A stretch of 64,000 bases of DNA from Lingula anatina (Eukaryota; Animalia; Brachiopoda). Both the position numbers and the translations under genes were made by a program. The notes under the pieces are model-generated. The model was not told the DNA's origin and searched no databases. It was given only the letters and a program-made list of their open reading frames with translations. This document shows, piece after piece, positions 14,001 through 25,945 of this stretch (positions are counted from its first letter, which is position 1; every line of letters starts with the position of its first letter). Location: positions 22,678,225 to 22,742,224 of the forward strand of contig CM120640.1 of NCBI GenBank assembly GCA_051362555.1, given 5' to 3'.

Positions 14001-17000
14001 CAAATACAGCAGAAATCTCTTTCAATCAAAATCAAATTTTGTTTGCAACTTAAGAGGATATTTATTAAATACACAATGTATCGTTCATGCCAGATATTCA
14101 TCTCTTCTCCTCCAGCAAGCTGATTAATCTCAAGTACATTAATATATACATGTTAATTAAATTCACCATCTTTTATTTTCTTCTGTGTTTTGTAAATCAA
14201 TGAATATTCAAGTTTTAAAAAATAACAACTATTTGTTCTTCTAGTATCGCACATTATTTATGCCCTGCTGATATAATTATGTCACAGTAAGTGGTATACA
14301 AAACAATATTCAAATTGCAAACCTTCGTTACCAAATGATCACGGAGGTTTACACGTTTGAATTACATTTTATATGCAACAATTTATCAAGTTCAATTTGT
14401 ACTTGTAAAAAAGAAAGATTCTGGTTATAATATCCCATTTAAACATTTTGGTTAGGCCCGCTTGGTCACACTATAATTAGTCATAATAATTTAGGCATAC
14501 TTACACACGAAAAGTTGCTTTCAAAACAGAAAGAGTCTGCTGCACGAGATTCGTCTGCTGCTCTCAATGGCGGCTGTTGTACAAAAGGCGGCAAATAAGT
14601 ACTTAAATACTGAGTTATTCTTTATTCTTTATTTAGTTTTAGGATATCGGTAACGAAAGTTTAAGTAACGAAGGTTTAGTAACACCTTAGACTCTCTAGG
14701 TTTCCTACTGCTTTTTCCTCAAAACACAAGTTAGATTTGATTTACTCGAATGGTCCGAAGTCTGCTTCATGATTAAAGTGATATATGGCAGGTTTTTTGG
14801 ACAGAACGTACTAGGATTAATGATCACGAAGGTTTTGTCATTTACTCATTAACTGAATTCATCTGTGAGACTTCATTCATACATCGTAAAAAACAGACCT
14901 GGCTTCTGTTATTTTGTCTTGTTTAAAACATTTATTATATCAAGTTAGGAACGAACTTCTTTCATGAAATGTTCATGAATGATTTCTTGCAGATTAGCCG
15001 TGTCTAAAATCGCACAACGGAGGTTTTTTGAAAAATCAAAATTCGGGCGACACTGCATATCAAAGGAATAATATTCAAACAGCCATGCATACTGATGTTT
15101 AAATAACCTTATCTGAAAAAACGATGTTATGTGACATGAAAAAAAGGTGCGTCACAAAAAGAAGAATATATTGTCGTGGTATAAATTTAGCATGTTTAAT
15201 GGAGATGGTGTTTGGCGACAGTAACGAAGGTTTGATTTTTATTATCAAAATTATTATTTTTCTGGCAATGAATCACAGAATACTGACTATTTTGGCTTAT
15301 AAGTTGGTCATAAGGTGCACGTCATTTTGAGTCAGTGAACAGACTTAATTGTCTTTTATTTACGGAACCAAGGCCTGGAACATCAATTGGACCTAGTTAC
15401 TGAGAATGGCCGTAAACGTAATCGCCTTTGTTAGCGCTTCCTTCTACATATCCTTGACACCCTACTGGGCATCACAAGGCTAGGGCCCTCTCCAGAGCTG
15501 TCAATCAAAATGGCGGCACGCTTACATGCCTAACGAGTGGTCGGAAAATGTAACAAAAGCACGATTTTCTGCCCCTTCAAAGCACCCAAACAAAATATTT
15601 TTAGATGACAATAAGCAATGGTTCCAGCTGATCGTATAACCGATAACAGGTAAATTTGCCAGCTAAGCATTTGACTAATAAGCCCTGTTAACCAACCTGT
15701 GAACGTTTTTGGCTGTTTTAACAGCTTTCTATATTGACGAGATAAGTGAATCGCTGCCAAGTATATCTCACTATCTGAGCAACCGATCGTTACAAAAGTT
15801 GCACCTATTGTTGTTAGGAATGTGGACTACAGCATGATATCAGGGGTTTAAGAGAAAATTGTTTGTTTGAAAGATATCGCCTTTTGAAGTGAATAAGCCA
15901 TTGAAATATGGGGTAATTTAACGTAAAAGATGATAAAATCAAAAGTAAATAGCTTAAGACAATTCCCTGGTACCCCGCTGAAGTGCTTTCACCCAGCTTT
16001 ATGAGGCCTTTTGAATCACTTGAATAGCTGTCTTGGTTATAGAGAAAATCCCAATACCGAAAACGGCATTTTTCCCCTCAAATTGGCGCCAGAGCGTCAT
16101 CCGTTGGACACTGTACTTAATCCCCGTCTTTAATTGGCCTTTTGGGAAGTTTGTTTTAATTTTTTATAAAAACTTATAAGCCCAGGGCTTTGTTTCTATG
16201 ACTTTGGTCCTTTTACTATCACCGGCCTTAAAGGCATGGACTAAATAGTTAAAGACTAATAGATACAGGCTAGGCCACTCTTTAGATTGCTGCAACCCTG
16301 AAACTATTCTAGCTCATTTGAATAAATCGTTCTCTGAGTGAAAACTGCTCTTAATGGCACTGCTTCTACAGTACTATCAGTTTTGTCATTTATATGTCTG
16401 TCCACTTGACAGCTTTGCTATCTTGTTTGTACTTGCATATGAACTGATATTCATCATTTTATTTTCAAGAATCCCATTTAAGGCTGTGTTCACATGAAAA
16501 ATCTATTTTCTAAAAATCTAAAAATCTATTTGCAGTATCTTGTGATCACGGTCTGTGCCCTGAATACCCCGCGGCGTAATTACGGGCAGCACGAGCCAGT
16601 TACTTCCAAAGCTGTAATTAATTCTTGGCATTGCCAGTAATTACGCTGCGGGGTATTCAGGGCACAGACCGTGATCACAAGATACCGCAAAAAGATATTT
16701 AGATTTTTTTTAGAAAATGGATTTTTTATGTGAACGCAGCCTAAGCATATGCCACTTTTATCACATACAGAATACTTTCACAAAGTAAACTAGAAAAACT
16801 ATCATATAAAGGCTGAGTTATGTGCATTTTCTTTTTAAGGGAAGAAAAACACAGATGCCCAGTGGATAATGTTTTGTTAGATGAGCAAAATATCTATCCA
16901 GATAATTTTGCCAAAAGGGAAATCCTTGGCTTAAAACTAAAGTGTCCAAATTATAGTCATGGATGTAGCTTCATTATTGAACTGTGTAATCTGGAGGTGT

Positions 17001-20000
17001 GTATACATGTACCAAAATAATGATTTGTCTTGTATATTAAGTAGAATTGAGAACCTATGCATGTACCTCTCTCTCAAAATTTGCATATTGTATGTATTTA
17101 TTAAGATTTTGAACATTTTAAAATAATTCTAAGTTGGGTTATACTTTGCTGAAAGATGCCTTATTTTTAATTTTATTTTTAATTATTGCATTATTCACAT
17201 GGAAAGATGCATTTTTTCCCCAATAGCAATGCTTTTACAAGATGTATGAAAGTCATTAAGCATTAAGAAAACAGTGCACTTCATGTGCCTTTTCAACAAT
17301 TTATATTTCATGCTTTCAGAGTCACTTACAGTCCTGTTTTTATGCCCTTATACCATGTCCACAATGCTGTCCAGCAGTTCTGCCTAGAAAGGACCTCAAA
17401 GATCACATTGAACAAAGCTGCCCACGGCGCTACGTCCAGTGTGATTACTGCTTTCAAAGTATATTTCTAAGTTCAAAGCAGGTAAGAACACTTTGTGCCA
17501 AAATCAAATGCCTGTTCTAATATAAAAGATGAAAATATAATTTTATAAACACCATATGGTAATTTTTTTTACTAAAGAATTTAAAAGATATATTTCAATT
17601 TAAAAATATTTATTACCATTAGGTTTTTTTTCATTTAAATAGACCATTAACTTCTTTGAAAAGGGAGATTTTAATCATATTCCTTTTTATTCAATTTATT
17701 TACTTATTAGTCCCATCCCACTTCCCCAGATCATTTTAGATAATAACTTCACCCTAGTTGATGCTACAGGGATTGCCAGCTATAAGGTGTGCCATAGTGT
17801 CCTCAGAACTGATTTTTGAAATTGTTTGTTAGATACCACTGTTTGTAACATTATGTATCCATGTATGACTTTGAATCATCAGTACTGAGCGAATATGGAC
17901 TTATTTCTGATACTGTTGGGCATTGTCACATACTTAGTTGTATTTTTGCCTGATATGCTGGCTTTTGGTATGTAATCATATTTCTTTTGTTTTATGATTA
18001 TTTATGGCTTTTTCATATTGTGCATTATGTCTTATATATACAGTTGTACCAGTATGTTTTGAGAGGTTGATAGTTAAATAGCCTGGCTGTGAGAAAGTCA
18101 TGTAAGTAAAGCCCCTGCTTTTGACACAGCCAATTTATTGTTTTAATTTAATATATCAGAAAGCGAACTTGTGAAGAAGTTTTGAAGGATTGATCAGTCC
18201 AGGGCAGTGCATTCACATGGTAAAGCTGATACAACTGTATCACTAAGGGACTATTCACAGTGAATTTTTTTAAAACATAGCTAATGGGCATAACTCCACA
18301 AGCTCTTGCTGAATGCAATCAGATTAATAAACTCCTTTTGTCTCAACATACTTGCTTTTCTAAATTCTGCTCAGTGCCAGGAGGAAGAATGTTAGTCTGA
18401 TAATCTGATAGCATTCAGCGAGGGTCCCCACAAAGTTAGTGCATATGCATTAGTTAGGACCATAAAATTCATTGTAAACAGTCCCTAAAATACAGCACTT
18501 GATGTGAAAAAGCCTTATTAAGAGTAGAACTAAAATAGTTTTCAGAGCAGTTTTTGTAAGGATTTTCACCAGGGTTTCTGTGTATGATAGCATTAAATTT
18601 TAAGGGGTCAATTTTTATACGTTTAATTAAACAGGAATATGATATGTTTGTAGCTATTGCTCCATATTAGTTTTTGTGAATACTGACTTGAAATAATTTA
18701 AAATGATTTAATGTGCAAATGAACATTTAAAAAATCACCACGAAAAGCTCTTACTAGTATGTATTCTATATTCCCAGCTATAATTAAATACGGTACAAGT
18801 GTGTTGAATAGGTTGAAATTTATTTTTAGTCCCTTGTAACTTACTCCATCATTGGGGTAAGTGTCCTAGTATTAGTGTAGTGTTAGGTGTGAAATAGGCC
18901 ATAATGATAATAAACTTTAAAATTCCACAGCTTTTATATCTAAAATATTTATATCAGTGTCTTAATAGACACACATTAATTGTACCCTTGAGGGACCTCA
19001 TTGTTAAGGTTAACACAAGATCCTAGATGATTCAGTCTTTAAATAACCATTGGCTATTATAGCTTTGAACTTCCTGGTACTACCTGCACATGTAGTGTGA
19101 TTTTGTGGTTTATCAGGATGAGCACTATAGGAAAGGTATAAGGGCTAATTGAGGAATTTGAATGTGATATGAATGGTGCAGAATGGGACAGATGGGTCAA
19201 ACTTTGAATGCTCAAGGACCACAAGTTATTATTTATTTATTTGGTGTCAGTTGCTTAGTTGAATGTGGTAATGGCTTAATCATTTCATTCGGGGAAAGTT
19301 ATCAATTTTTCAGACACATAATTTTGGAATCATTAAAAATACATAAATATGTAGCATTTTGGTGCTTTTAATGTATGAAATAGAACTATATATTAGGTAG
19401 TCTGCTTTTCTAATGTGTTGCTACCAGCAGTGAGTAGGAATGTCATAATTTAAAGAATTTATTATTTAAAAAATACGGTATCTATAAAATTCACAATTTT
19501 CCAGTTGAAATGATCAAGCCATTACTGTAAATACCACTGTTTCAACTTTTTAAGAAAGGGGCAGGGATAAATAGATGGAATACACAGTCATTATTTTATT
19601 TATTCATTTATTTATTTATTTATTCTCATCTAAGAATCATTGCACACAGGCTCATCAGTTACACTTACATTGTATGTATGTCTGATAATACTCCTGCTTC
19701 TCCTGCAAGTTTTTCAAATTGGTTTACAGGAAATTCAGTTTTACATACATATATATGCAAGCCTGGCAAACCCATTTCTGTGTTTGAATTTCCTTGTTGT
19801 AGTAAGCAAGCAGTAATGTGATTGGTTATTCCAAACTGCGAGCAAATTTTTAGATCAGATTTTTGCCACAAGCCTTATTGGTGTACAGGATAAGGAGAGT
19901 ATGTCTGTTCAATCATGTGTAATATATGTATAGTTAACTTATTAGGATGCATTAATGATGATGAAATTTTATGCAAAACCTTTAATGATATCCTATTCTA

Positions 20001-22666
20001 CAATATTAATTAAAACTAATGCTCATGTCTAAAATTTGTGAAAGGTTTTCTTAGAGCTTCCGGCCATTACCCATAGCATTGACCTTGTTGATGCATGAGT
20101 TTGATGACATAATTTTCCTTGGGGGGGGGGGGGGGGGGGGTGGATTTCTGGAGTTCCGCTCTCCTGTCCCCTCTGTCTTATGATGGAGTTAATGTATATA
20201 GGCAGTGGTTGGAACCTGTCCACATCCCTGTTGAGGTCATGGTTTCTTTTTCTGATGTGGTTTACTTCCTTCAACCCAGGTTAGAACCAAATGGCAATAA
20301 AAAGAAATTTATGGCACCATTTTGCTCCTTATTGGAATGTTTATCTTTTGGGGCGGCCAGTATCTGTCTCCAATGATGTAATGATATCCATTCACATTAT
20401 ATTGCATCCAGTGTTGCACCACATTTTATTTGTCATTAATAATGATATTAATTTGGCTCATATCTTATGTGATTCTAATGCATTTATCTTTATTATATTC
20501 CTCACAGAAACATCTCTTGGAATGTCCATTTGTGCCAACTCAGTGCAAATACTGTGATATACTCCTTACCAGGGAAAAGGTAAGAATTTTTTGTAGTTTA
20601 TATATTATATGTAATATAATAGAAGAAACAGCTAGAGTAGCAATAAAGACATACAGTCTAGTATTTTCAAAGTGATTGATAAATTACAAATGATGCATTT
20701 AACTTACATGAAAATTATTAATGTGTGACAATTTATTGTTTTCTCTAATGTATTGATTGTGCACATATTTTTTTCAGCTAAAAAAGCATATCAGAACAGA
20801 GTGTCAAAAAGCAATAGTAAAGTGTCGATTCTATGAGTTTGGATGCAAAACAGAGGTAAGATTTTTATGCTCACTTAACGCTGTGTGTTTGTGCATGCAT
20901 GCCTATGATTGTACTCATTCTTGAGATCTTTTTGAGGACTAAATTCATGCTTTTTTCATGCCTTGCCATCTATGATGGAGAACAATGAGCCATTTACATT
21001 TTTATAGAACTTTGTGTATAGTTACTTATTCATAGAATCAGGAAGTTATTTATGTTTGACATCTGAATTGTCCAATAGTAGACTTGTAGGAAGAAAACAG
21101 ATAGCCTCAATCATGGATCTGGTTTAATAATTTTAAATACAAGATGGTAATAATTTTATGAGAAAACGGCATTTTTATTTCTTTATAGGGACAAGCACCA
21201 TAGCTTGTCCATGTAATAATAATAATAATAATAATTTATTTACTAAAATCGCAACCTAATAGGTTGAAGTTTTACACTGCGTCTTAAATAATAAAATCAT
21301 AAGGTATTTTAAAATTAACTAAGAATTATAAACTAAACTAAAAGGACCAAAGACTTATAAGACAGTTTGAAGCAGTAATTTACATAAAATTTAAAAGACT
21401 GTGTATTATAAAAGAAGATTTAAAACGCTCCGTTTTTACTTTTGGTATTAAAAATTTGTTGCTGACCCTGAGATTTCTTGGGTTCTTTTGTTTAAACAGA
21501 TGGTAATGTCATATATTACTACATTATGTGTTTTGTATACTTTTCCTAAGGTGAGGCGATCATGTATAGATGAACATGAAGAACAACAGAGCCAACAGCA
21601 TCTTTGGTTACTATGTGGTGCAGTGAAGGAGTTGTACCGTCTGCTTTACACCATAGTTCCCCAGGGAGTATCGCCACTACCTAGTTTAGGGGCACCTGCC
21701 TCTGCCCCACCTGTTTTAACACATACTGACCTTCAGCTAGATGACCAGCTGACCAGTCTGAATTTAAGTGATGATAGTAGCCTCAATGCTCTCCCTTCCT
21801 CGGATTTTACAAATGATCTACCTGCACTGAAAAATGCAATTTTGCAAGTTAGAAGACTTATACAACTTCATGTAAAACCTATCAATTTCAATCCTGAGAG
21901 TACTCAGATGATGAACATCACCAAAATTGAGAGTGATCCTACTGCAATGCAATCAGCAAGATTCGATTCCCAACAGAATGCTCCACCACAGGAACATGAA
22001 TCTGTACTTTCATCAGTTCAGACCAAAAAGTTACAATCATTGCAAGAGAAGACTGCCTATCAAGATGAGAGAATGACCGGTCAGAGTCAACAGTTAAAAG
22101 AAACCCAAGCCAAACTTTCCAGTATAGAAAAAAAATTAGATGAGTATAGAATCAGGACTCGACAGCTGGAGAGTCAAGTCAGTGAAATGGAAGCCAGAAG
22201 TTGTAATGGAAATTTTTACTGGGTGATTAAGAATTATTCTAGATTAAGAAGAGAAGCAATGTCTGGTGATAATACAGTACTTCACAGTCCAGGGTTTTAT
22301 ACAAGTTTTCATGGGTATAAATTGTGTGTGCGTCTCAATTTGAATGGGGTAGATTCTGCTCATGGAACGCATCTTTCACTGTTCATCCACTTTATGCAGG
22401 GAGAGTTTGATAGTTTTCTGGAGTGGCCATTTGGTGGAAGAATAACACTGACCATTATGGATCAGAATGAAGCATGTGAATTAAGACAACACATAACAGA
22501 AACATTAATTGCAAAACCTCATTTAGCTGCTTTTCAAAAACCTCGTGCACATCGAAATCACAAGGGATTTGGTTACATGGAGTTTGCACCATTGAGTCTT
22601 ATTGAAAATTCACAGTATGTGAAGAATGATTCTCTGATCATTCATGCACAAGTAGTTGCCCAATAA
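8052..22666 (+). CDS. TRAF6: TNF receptor-associated factor 6 (RING E3 ligase, TRAF zinc fingers, coiled coil, MATH/TRAF-C); ~594 aa
   Basis: Exons with GT-AG boundaries and consistent phases: 8052-8251, 16840-16996, 17320-17481, 20508-20579, 20778-20855, 21551-22666. Motifs: [42 protein letters not shown]...[28 protein letters not shown]...[21 protein letters not shown]...KGFGYMEF. The frame is open from the acceptor at 7989, so the true start may lie in an upstream exon. Confidence 0.93.
11230..13917 (-). pseudogene. DD40D transposase (Sola-like), 800 aa when reconstituted, interrupted by a MITE
   Basis: Motifs LDFAENY...QSAYF...[32 protein letters not shown] (40 residues between 2nd and 3rd D), a CxCxxC cluster and a C-terminal Tudor/SH3-like segment. 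ORFs 13591-13917 and 11230-13395 join in frame (..MNFGNRR-K-GAVQRW..) after deleting 13339-13621 plus one TT. Confidence 0.88.
13339..13621. mobile_element. 283-bp MITE with CCC..GGG termini and 2-bp TSD (EnSpm/CACTA-like)
   Basis: tt|cccgcacgaaa ... tttcgtgcggg|tt: perfect 11-bp TIR, TT duplication, many internal (c)tactgc/gcagta(g) repeats. Confidence 0.88.
16482..16741. mobile_element. PIF/Harbinger-type foldback MITE
   Basis: taa|ggctgtgttcacat ... atgtgaacgcagcc|taa; ~105-bp near-perfect inverted arms; TAA duplication; ends ~100 bp before TRAF6 coding exon 2. Confidence 0.88.
18247..18485. mobile_element. PIF/Harbinger-type MITE
   Basis: taa|gggactattcacagtgaattt ... aaattcattgtaaacagtccc|taa; inner arms ctcttgctgaatgcaatcagatta / taatctgatagcattcagcgaggg. 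Confidence 0.75.
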
Positions 22667-25440
22667 TATACTTAGGAAAATTAACTTACATATTATCTGG
22701 AACTCTGAAACTTTATATTACACAAAAGGAGAGGGAGAGAAGGACATGTGGTACACTTAAGTCCCATTTTTGTTTGCAATATTTTTTAGTCTTATACAGT
22801 AGACTTTAATGAATAGTTGTATGCATGTACCTTGAAGCTGAAAGAAGAAAAATTGCTATATGTATTTTCATTAGTCTTCCCATTTCCTTTTAATTCTAGT
22901 TGAAATTAATTACTGTTCCATTTGGTATCATCACTTCAACTTTGAGTACAGCAGACTTATTAAGAATTTTGCATATGGCATTCATGTTTCTTTTTATGCA
23001 CAGTCACAGTAGTGACTGTACATATAGTCATCACCCAAATCAATCAGCAGCAGAAGGGGCATGCACTTTTCTTGGAAAACTCAAAACTGAGACATTGTGT
23101 TACATTAAACCTGCTTGAGTCGCCTGTAGGGTTAAAATACAGGTTAATCCAAAAATGTGTCTGATGGACTATTAATTAGTTAACTTTTTTTAATGGGATT
23201 CAAATATGTGTTTCATTTTGCTTCAGTAATACTTAGAAAAAAACTGTTTTGCTTCAAAATTGGCACCAGCCATCCAAAGGACTGTAATATGTAGGTAGAT
23301 CACCTATCAAATTCCTTCATTAGTGCATATTGTGGAAAGTTATTACATTTTAAATTATGATTTTGTGTTTTTATTCTAGCCTGTATACTTCAAATGTGAA
23401 TTTACCAACACAATTAGCTCCTGCAGTTGAATGTCATGCAGCTAGCATATTGCAGCATTTCTTTTCTTTGGATTTCATTTGATAAGGAACTGAGAAGAAA
23501 CTTATCCCTTTTGCAACATCACATTTATCTGTACATCCATTTGCTTTACAAACAGGCAAAGCCCCAGGAAGTACATGTTGAAGGTGACAGGGCAATGACA
23601 TTTTTCTACATGATAATTGAAAATGCGGTTCTGACAGAAACCAGTTAGGTGCAGACGTGTACTTACTTTGGGAGATTCCAGTCTTTACATTTAAATTCAG
23701 GTTCGTGGGCATGACCAGTTTATCTTACAACTGAAAATAATCAATTTTGTAACACGGATTTATAAATCATAATTCTAAGGTACATGTAGTTCCTGAACCA
23801 TTTTTTAAGGCTGAATTTACAAACACTTGATTGTACAATTGATAGCCGCGACTGCCTTTTTCGCTATATCTTTACTTGCAAATATTAGAAAAAAAGGCAT
23901 GAAAATTGAAAAAAAAAACTTTCTAAAAATTTTTATTGATACTGTAGTGATAATAGGTAAATGATATGCACTACTAGGTATACTTAAAGTGTTCCTATGA
24001 TTGCTATATTGGCCAGTATATTATTTATGTCACTGTTATTTTAGTTAAGACATACTGATAAGGCGCAGAACATAAATAGACATGAGCCAAGGTTTAAAAC
24101 AAAAACTCTCTGAATATTATCATGGGACCCAACACCTAACCATGTCAGGAACCATCAGCATTGAATTAAAAAATGCAGAATTCCACGTTTCCACAGAAAA
24201 AGCTTATGTCTGATAAATAGATGAAATATTTATGAGCTGAAAAAGACTCTTCTGAATATAAATGTATAAAATGTGAAGAGTTACACCAATACTAGTGCCA
24301 TGAAGAAAATCCCATGTAACTTCTAAACCAGGGGGTGGTCTGATTACTCTTGTCCTCATATTATCACTGGAACTTATTAGGTGCCTAAGTTACACTTTGC
24401 ATCTTTAAAGGAGATGCATGTAACAATTGTGTTTTTTTTTTCTCTTGGTAGAGTGATGGCATGATTAATTGTGAGTTATAAGACTCATTCAATCATTAAT
24501 TGCAATTTGTGTATGACATATAATTTCAAAATTGTTCCCTCTGCTATTACAGTGGCAAAGGTGCAAGTTAAAGGTAACATACTACAAGTTTAATGCTACT
24601 TTGGAAAGTTCATAAAACTGGAAAACCACAAGTTGGATATTTTACCAATTAATTTGCAAAACTCTCAAGGAATGTCAGATGCTTTATTCTTTATAGTCTG
24701 TTGAGCTAAAACTGTTGTTGAATAGAAATGGGTCTTGCAGTTTTGGCAATTATTATTACATGAAACCTATGGAACCCTCTGGCAACTGCAATCTACTTTT
24801 TGCGTTTGATGAATTATAGCCGTCTATCTTGATATACATAATGTTGCTAACATATTACAGTTGATTTCGTGATTGTGAATAAGGAAATATTGATTTATGG
24901 AAGGCACAAAGACTGCAGTAGATCACATGATTTTTGAGTATAAGATTTCCATGAAGATAGATCATCCACCACTTTTCTTCAGTAATTGACACATGTTTAT
25001 TAATTTCATTAGCCAAAGTCATAATAACTGCAGCCTCTTATCAGGTAGGGGTTTGAGCAAATTGTTATTTACTTTTTGATTCTAGTTATATCTGAATCTA
25101 GTTATTTGTAGTTTTCACACAATTGCACTGCTTTTTGTTAGATTAGGCAGTATGGAAAAAATAAAGGTTATAGCACAATCATTATTCAGACCATTGTAAT
25201 GTAGAATTTCCATCAAAATAATATTTAATTTCAATTGTTTACAACTGCACATTGTATGCATTTTTGTAACAGTAAATCCCTTATAAGATTGGAACAGCTT
25301 TTAAGAGTTTTGAAAATTGTTATATTTCATTATTTATGTCATATTTTACTTAAATAACAACACATTTTGTGCTAAGTGTAGCAGCACAAGTGATTGATGT
25401 TTGAATAGGAAACAAGTTATAATATTGGTTTTGTTTTATT

Positions 25441-25446
25441 AATAAA
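25441..25446 (+). terminator. Candidate polyadenylation signal of TRAF6 (3'UTR ~2.8 kb)
   Basis: AATAAA (second copy at ~25450) followed by T/GT-rich sequence, upstream of the convergent ACSS3 signal. Confidence 0.4.
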
Positions 25447-25669
25447 CCAAATAAAATCATGGTTAAATTTTGTTTGACATCTTTTAAGAGTATTGTTCCC
25501 TCTGTTGTTTATCATAGCTAGTATTCTGTACATTCCAAGATGCACTTTTTGCCTTTTCCAGAATGCATTATTAATTAAGGGTGCAGTTAAAAAATATCTT
25601 ACTCTGGTGAGGATACTACCCCTCTGACAAGACTGAATTATAATTTAACAATGTTTGACCAAAGAGTTG

Positions 25670-25803
25670 TCTCAACCCAGGAAATCACCCCCTAGCTGCT
25701 TGAGAAGGCATGTCATTCAGTTAATCTAGTTGCATTCAGCGAGAGTCCCCCCTGGAATTGGATTGATCTACCTAGTATGATAGTTAAATTGGTAATACAC
25801 CCT
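25670..25803. mobile_element. Partial copy of the Harbinger-type MITE family
   Basis: tgcattcagcgagagtccccc...ggattgatc...aatacaccc|tta resembles the right arm of 6345-6848 and 18247-18485. Confidence 0.5.
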
Positions 25804-25939
25804 TAGATGCAACTGATTAGAATCAATTCTGTTGCACAGAATAGCATTTAACTGGCCTTACAAATTTCAATAGCACCAAAGTCCCAGGATGGAAATGAAG
25901 CAACCCATAATACGTAAGGATCAAGGTATCATAAAAACT

Positions 25940-25945
25940 TTTATT
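25940..25945 (-). terminator. Candidate polyadenylation signal of ACSS3
   Basis: tttatt on + strand (AATAAA on -) at the left end of the A-rich (+ strand) region downstream of the ACSS3 stop. Confidence 0.35.

Larger units (their letters stand above)
9976..15412 (-). mobile_element. Sola-superfamily-like (closest to Sola2 by motif) DNA transposon, 5437 bp
   Basis: 28-bp TIRs cggccattctca(a/g)taactaggtccaatt at 9976-10003 and 15385-15412 (1 mismatch), TAA on both flanks, and an encoded DDD transposase. Confidence 0.85.
8658..16227. mobile_element. Kolobok-like non-autonomous DNA transposon (~2.1 kb of its own sequence), host of nested insertions
   Basis: ttaa|ggtcggtgatag ... ctatcaccggcc|ttaa: 12-bp TIR with 1 mismatch, TTAA duplication and GG..CC termini (Kolobok hallmarks). 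Interior is visibly richer in CpG than the flanking intron. Confidence 0.7.

Noticed and set aside
9976-15412. RAG/Transib-like (ProtoRAG) transposon, tempting because vertebrate TRAF6 neighbours RAG1/RAG2
   Set aside because: TIRs do not begin with CAC/RSS-like heptamers, the TSD is not 5 bp, the protein has Sola-like DDD motifs rather than RAG1-core motifs, and there is no RAG2-like ORF.
8658-16227. KolobokP-type element with long terminal direct repeats
   Set aside because: I found no long direct repeat shared between the left (8658-9975) and right (15413-16227) parts.
20119-20140. Poly-G/poly-C tracts (also ~4393, ~4917, ~30618, ~41270, ~48195) as a functional G-quadruplex system
   Set aside because: Simple homopolymers, some apparently within decayed short repeats; no positional pattern supporting function.
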